Shown: positions 61,901 through 64,000 of the stretch, piece by piece | How positions within the stretch are numbered: the first letter of the stretch is position 1 | Layout of the letters: each line of letters begins with the position of its first letter | DNA from: Clostridium sp. CAG:302 | GTDB lineage: Bacteria; Bacillota_I; Bacilli_A; RF39; UBA660 | Assembly (NCBI GenBank): GCA_000431795.1 | Contig: FR887372.1 | Location: 3,087-67,086, forward strand | Reading direction: 5' to 3' | Length of the DNA stretch: 64,000 nucleotides | Notes under the pieces: generated by a model | Told to the model about the DNA's origin: nothing | Databases searched by the model: none | Seen by the model: the letters and a program-made list of their open reading frames with translations, nothing else | Made by a program: the position numbers and the translations under genes

Positions 61901-61932
61901 TTTTCACACCTCCTGATAAATTAAATTTATTC

Positions 61933-62049
61933 TCCATATTCATTTCCTGCACATATATTATACCACATAAATACTTCATAACATAGACCTTAGGCTATGG
62001 TATGCCTCTTAAAACTACAGGCTTAAGAGGATATATACAAAAAGCGATA
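61933..62049. repeat. About 115-bp direct repeat, right copy (contains double-hairpin element copy 5 at 61977-62030)
   Basis: It pairs with 59733-59847. It retains a vestigial MNMEN start codon context, now out of frame with the ATPase gene. Confidence 0.85.
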
Positions 62050-62177
62050 GGACTCTCGACCTATCTACATATAGCATTAATATTATGTATCTTTAAATTT
62101 AAATAATTAATTTTAATAACATTTAAAGTTTGAAAATAAAACTTGACAATTTTGTTACCTAAATGTTACCTAAAAAA

Positions 62178-62708
62178 TTATCTAGTATGTCGTCTTAAAG
62201 TTTCATCACTAGTTATTAATTCTGAAATTGAATTTCTCTGTAATTCTCGTAATTTAGAATAACTCTCTAAAAATTGTTTTTGATCTATTTTTCCTGTATT
62301 TAAAGCATGTAATAAATCTTGATACTTTATTTCCATTAATTCATATAATTTTTTTAACTTTTCTAAATACAAATTATCAATATGTTTTTCAAATTCAGTT
62401 CTAATTGCTTCTCCTTCAAATAAATCAGCTATCATTTCAATAGCAATATCACGTGAAATAATATTAGCTCTATGTATCTTATCAATTTCTTGTATTTTTG
62501 AAAAAGTGCTTTCAGATATCATATCAAATGATTCAGGAATATCATATCTAACTCTAGAATTTACTCCCCTTTGAGCAACAACCTGTTTTACTAAATTTAA
62601 TGTTTTTTTATCATCAATTAAAATAGAATTATTTACAGCATTTATAGATAAATTATTATCAACTACGTTTATTTCCTTAAAATCTTTTTTATTATTTATA
62701 TCAGTCAT
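62178..62708 (-). CDS. Hypothetical protein (176 aa)
   Basis: ORF with no recognisable motif. Confidence 0.4.
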   Translation of the reverse strand: MTDINNKKDFKEINVVDNNLSINAVNNSILIDDKKTLNLVKQVVAQRGVNSRVRYDIPESFDMISESTFSKIQEIDKIHRANIISRDIAIEMIADLFEGEAIRTEFEKHIDNLYLEKLKKLYELMEIKYQDLLHALNTGKIDQKQFLESYSKLRELQRNSISELITSDETLRRHTR

Positions 62709-62755
62709 AAAAGTATTCCTCCTCCGTTATTTATTATAGCATATTTTCGCTTTTT

Positions 62756-63025
62756 TTAAAATAATGGAGATATAAGTTGTGAGTAAACAGTTCTTAAATC
62801 TTCTTCGGCTATTTTTAAATCTCTTAAAATAGAGTATGCAACTTCAATTTTAATATTATGAAAACAAGAATCATCAATAAGTATATTTTTTATTTTTAAT
62901 TGTTTTTTATACTCAATATCATTGCCTTTATAATAATTAATTAGTTTATTGTTTATATTTCTTAACTTATTTAGCATTATGCCTGACTCCTTCCAATATT
63001 CCTGGTACTCTATTACCATCCGCAA
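62756..63025 (-). CDS. Hypothetical protein (89 aa)
   Basis: ORF overlapping the upstream gene end. The start may be the internal Met near 62977. Confidence 0.35.
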   Translation of the reverse strand: MRMVIEYQEYWKESGIMLNKLRNINNKLINYYKGNDIEYKKQLKIKNILIDDSCFHNIKIEVAYSILRDLKIAEEDLRTVYSQLISPLF

Positions 63026-63968
63026 AATATCTAAATTCGCCTATATTAAAACTTTCTTGTAATTGTTGTAATGATATTGGAACCAATCCATTTATTCCTT
63101 CTAAAATATAATATTCATTTTCATTTGGATTATCTTTAATAGATGTCTTGTTAATTGCAAATACTATTATAGGAATTGACTTTTTTTGTTCTTCTAAAAA
63201 TCTTTTACCGATAATTGTAGCAAAGCAATTGTCCTTTAATTCTTTTTCATTAAATATATTTCCTCCTAGTAAGAAAACATCGTTTATAAATTCTAATCCC
63301 AGAAATTCAGATTGCTTTACTTTACTGAAAAATATTGCTATTTTATCTTCAATTTTTACTGGTCTTAAATTGTCCGTTATTTCTATATAATCATCAACTT
63401 CTTTTTCAAAATTATATGGCTTAATTTCTGCCCCGTTTGTTACCATTCCATAAACTTTATTTATAGTTTCTTTAAACTTCTTTTTTTCTTCTTCATCATT
63501 ATGTAAACTTTTAATCTCTTTTAATTCATAATTATGTTTTGCTAGTGATAAATCTCCTACCATAGCATTTATTGAAATACTAAAAATTTGATTATCAACA
63601 TTAACTGCAAAACCAGGATGCCATTTACCATATCTTTGCTCAAAGTATTCTCTTTCATCAACTACTTCAACAGGCGCATCTTCAAATAATTCGGTATCAT
63701 ACACATAAGAATTAATACCTATCATTGATAAAATTTTTCCATAAATTGCAACAAATTCCCAGCACACAACTGAGTTATTCGATTCATTAATATTTGCTAG
63801 ATTATCAATTTTTGTATGATTCGTACTAGACATTTCTTTTTTAGATAAAGCTCTTGTAATATATAGTAAAAATTCATCATCATAGGATAATAATTTACAT
63901 AATTTTATATAAACATATATTGCTTTTTCAAGTTGAGTTATATTCTCTGGAATACTTGAAATTATCAT
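62967..63968 (-). CDS. Hypothetical protein (333 aa)
   Basis: ORF with no recognisable motif. Another minus-strand ORF appears to start beyond the window end. Confidence 0.4.
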   Translation of the reverse strand: MIISSIPENITQLEKAIYVYIKLCKLLSYDDEFLLYITRALSKKEMSSTNHTKIDNLANINESNNSVVCWEFVAIYGKILSMIGINSYVYDTELFEDAPVEVVDEREYFEQRYGKWHPGFAVNVDNQIFSISINAMVGDLSLAKHNYELKEIKSLHNDEEEKKKFKETINKVYGMVTNGAEIKPYNFEKEVDDYIEITDNLRPVKIEDKIAIFFSKVKQSEFLGLEFINDVFLLGGNIFNEKELKDNCFATIIGKRFLEEQKKSIPIIVFAINKTSIKDNPNENEYYILEGINGLVPISLQQLQESFNIGEFRYFADGNRVPGILEGVRHNAK

Positions 63969-64000
63969 TTTTGCAAATTCGTTATTAATGCTTATCGAAT

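Noticed and set aside
63148-63390. 80-aa plus-strand ORF
   Set aside because: It is antisense to the 333-aa gene.
1-64000. CRISPR arrays, rRNA genes, IS transposases, TGA-as-Trp recoding
   Set aside because: No regularly spaced repeats with unique spacers and no rRNA-like GC-rich segments are present. Conserved proteins read through with the standard code and no in-frame TGA. No transposase-like ORF was found.

Overview
This window comes from a very AT-rich bacterial genome that uses the standard genetic code; Bacillota-like gene content and operon order. Almost all genes are on the minus strand. The core is housekeeping: pheS-pheT behind a T-box leader, frr, mscL, clpB, a tRNA-Thr, addB/addA, fmt, a thyA-folA-tmk-like cluster, glmS with its ribozyme, the full S10-spc-alpha ribosomal cluster (rpsJ through rplQ, with secY, adk, map, infA, rpoA), tdk, xerC-like, efp, rpmG, PBP2, nfo, smpB, a Ca-type P-type ATPase, ttcA and sanA. 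Several accessory features sit on this backbone. The most notable is a compact retron locus at about 59.85-61.93 kb: a retron-type reverse transcriptase with YxRYxDD and VTG motifs, a roughly 190-nt structured msr-msd-like non-coding region immediately upstream with an extended -10 promoter and a1/a2 inverted repeats, and a small ABC/OLD-like ATPase encoded upstream. The whole cassette is bracketed by about 115-bp direct repeats that duplicate a promoter, RBS and first codons. Two more cassettes are likewise bounded by short direct repeats of host sequence. One is a frameshifted yhcG/DUF1016 nuclease (G6 tract) inserted into the T-box-controlled pheST operon with 37-bp direct repeats. The other is a dinJ-yafQ toxin-antitoxin pair flanked by duplicated 27-bp terminator hairpins. 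The genome carries at least two families of small palindromic intergenic repeats with CTTAAG/CCTTAGG cores; one is a conserved double-hairpin element found 5 times. There is also a roughly 1-kb segmental duplication of ylbF-rsmD-smpB', a divergent thyA with large insertions, three genes inserted between addB and addA, and an N-domain-less clpB with a CIRCE-like operator.
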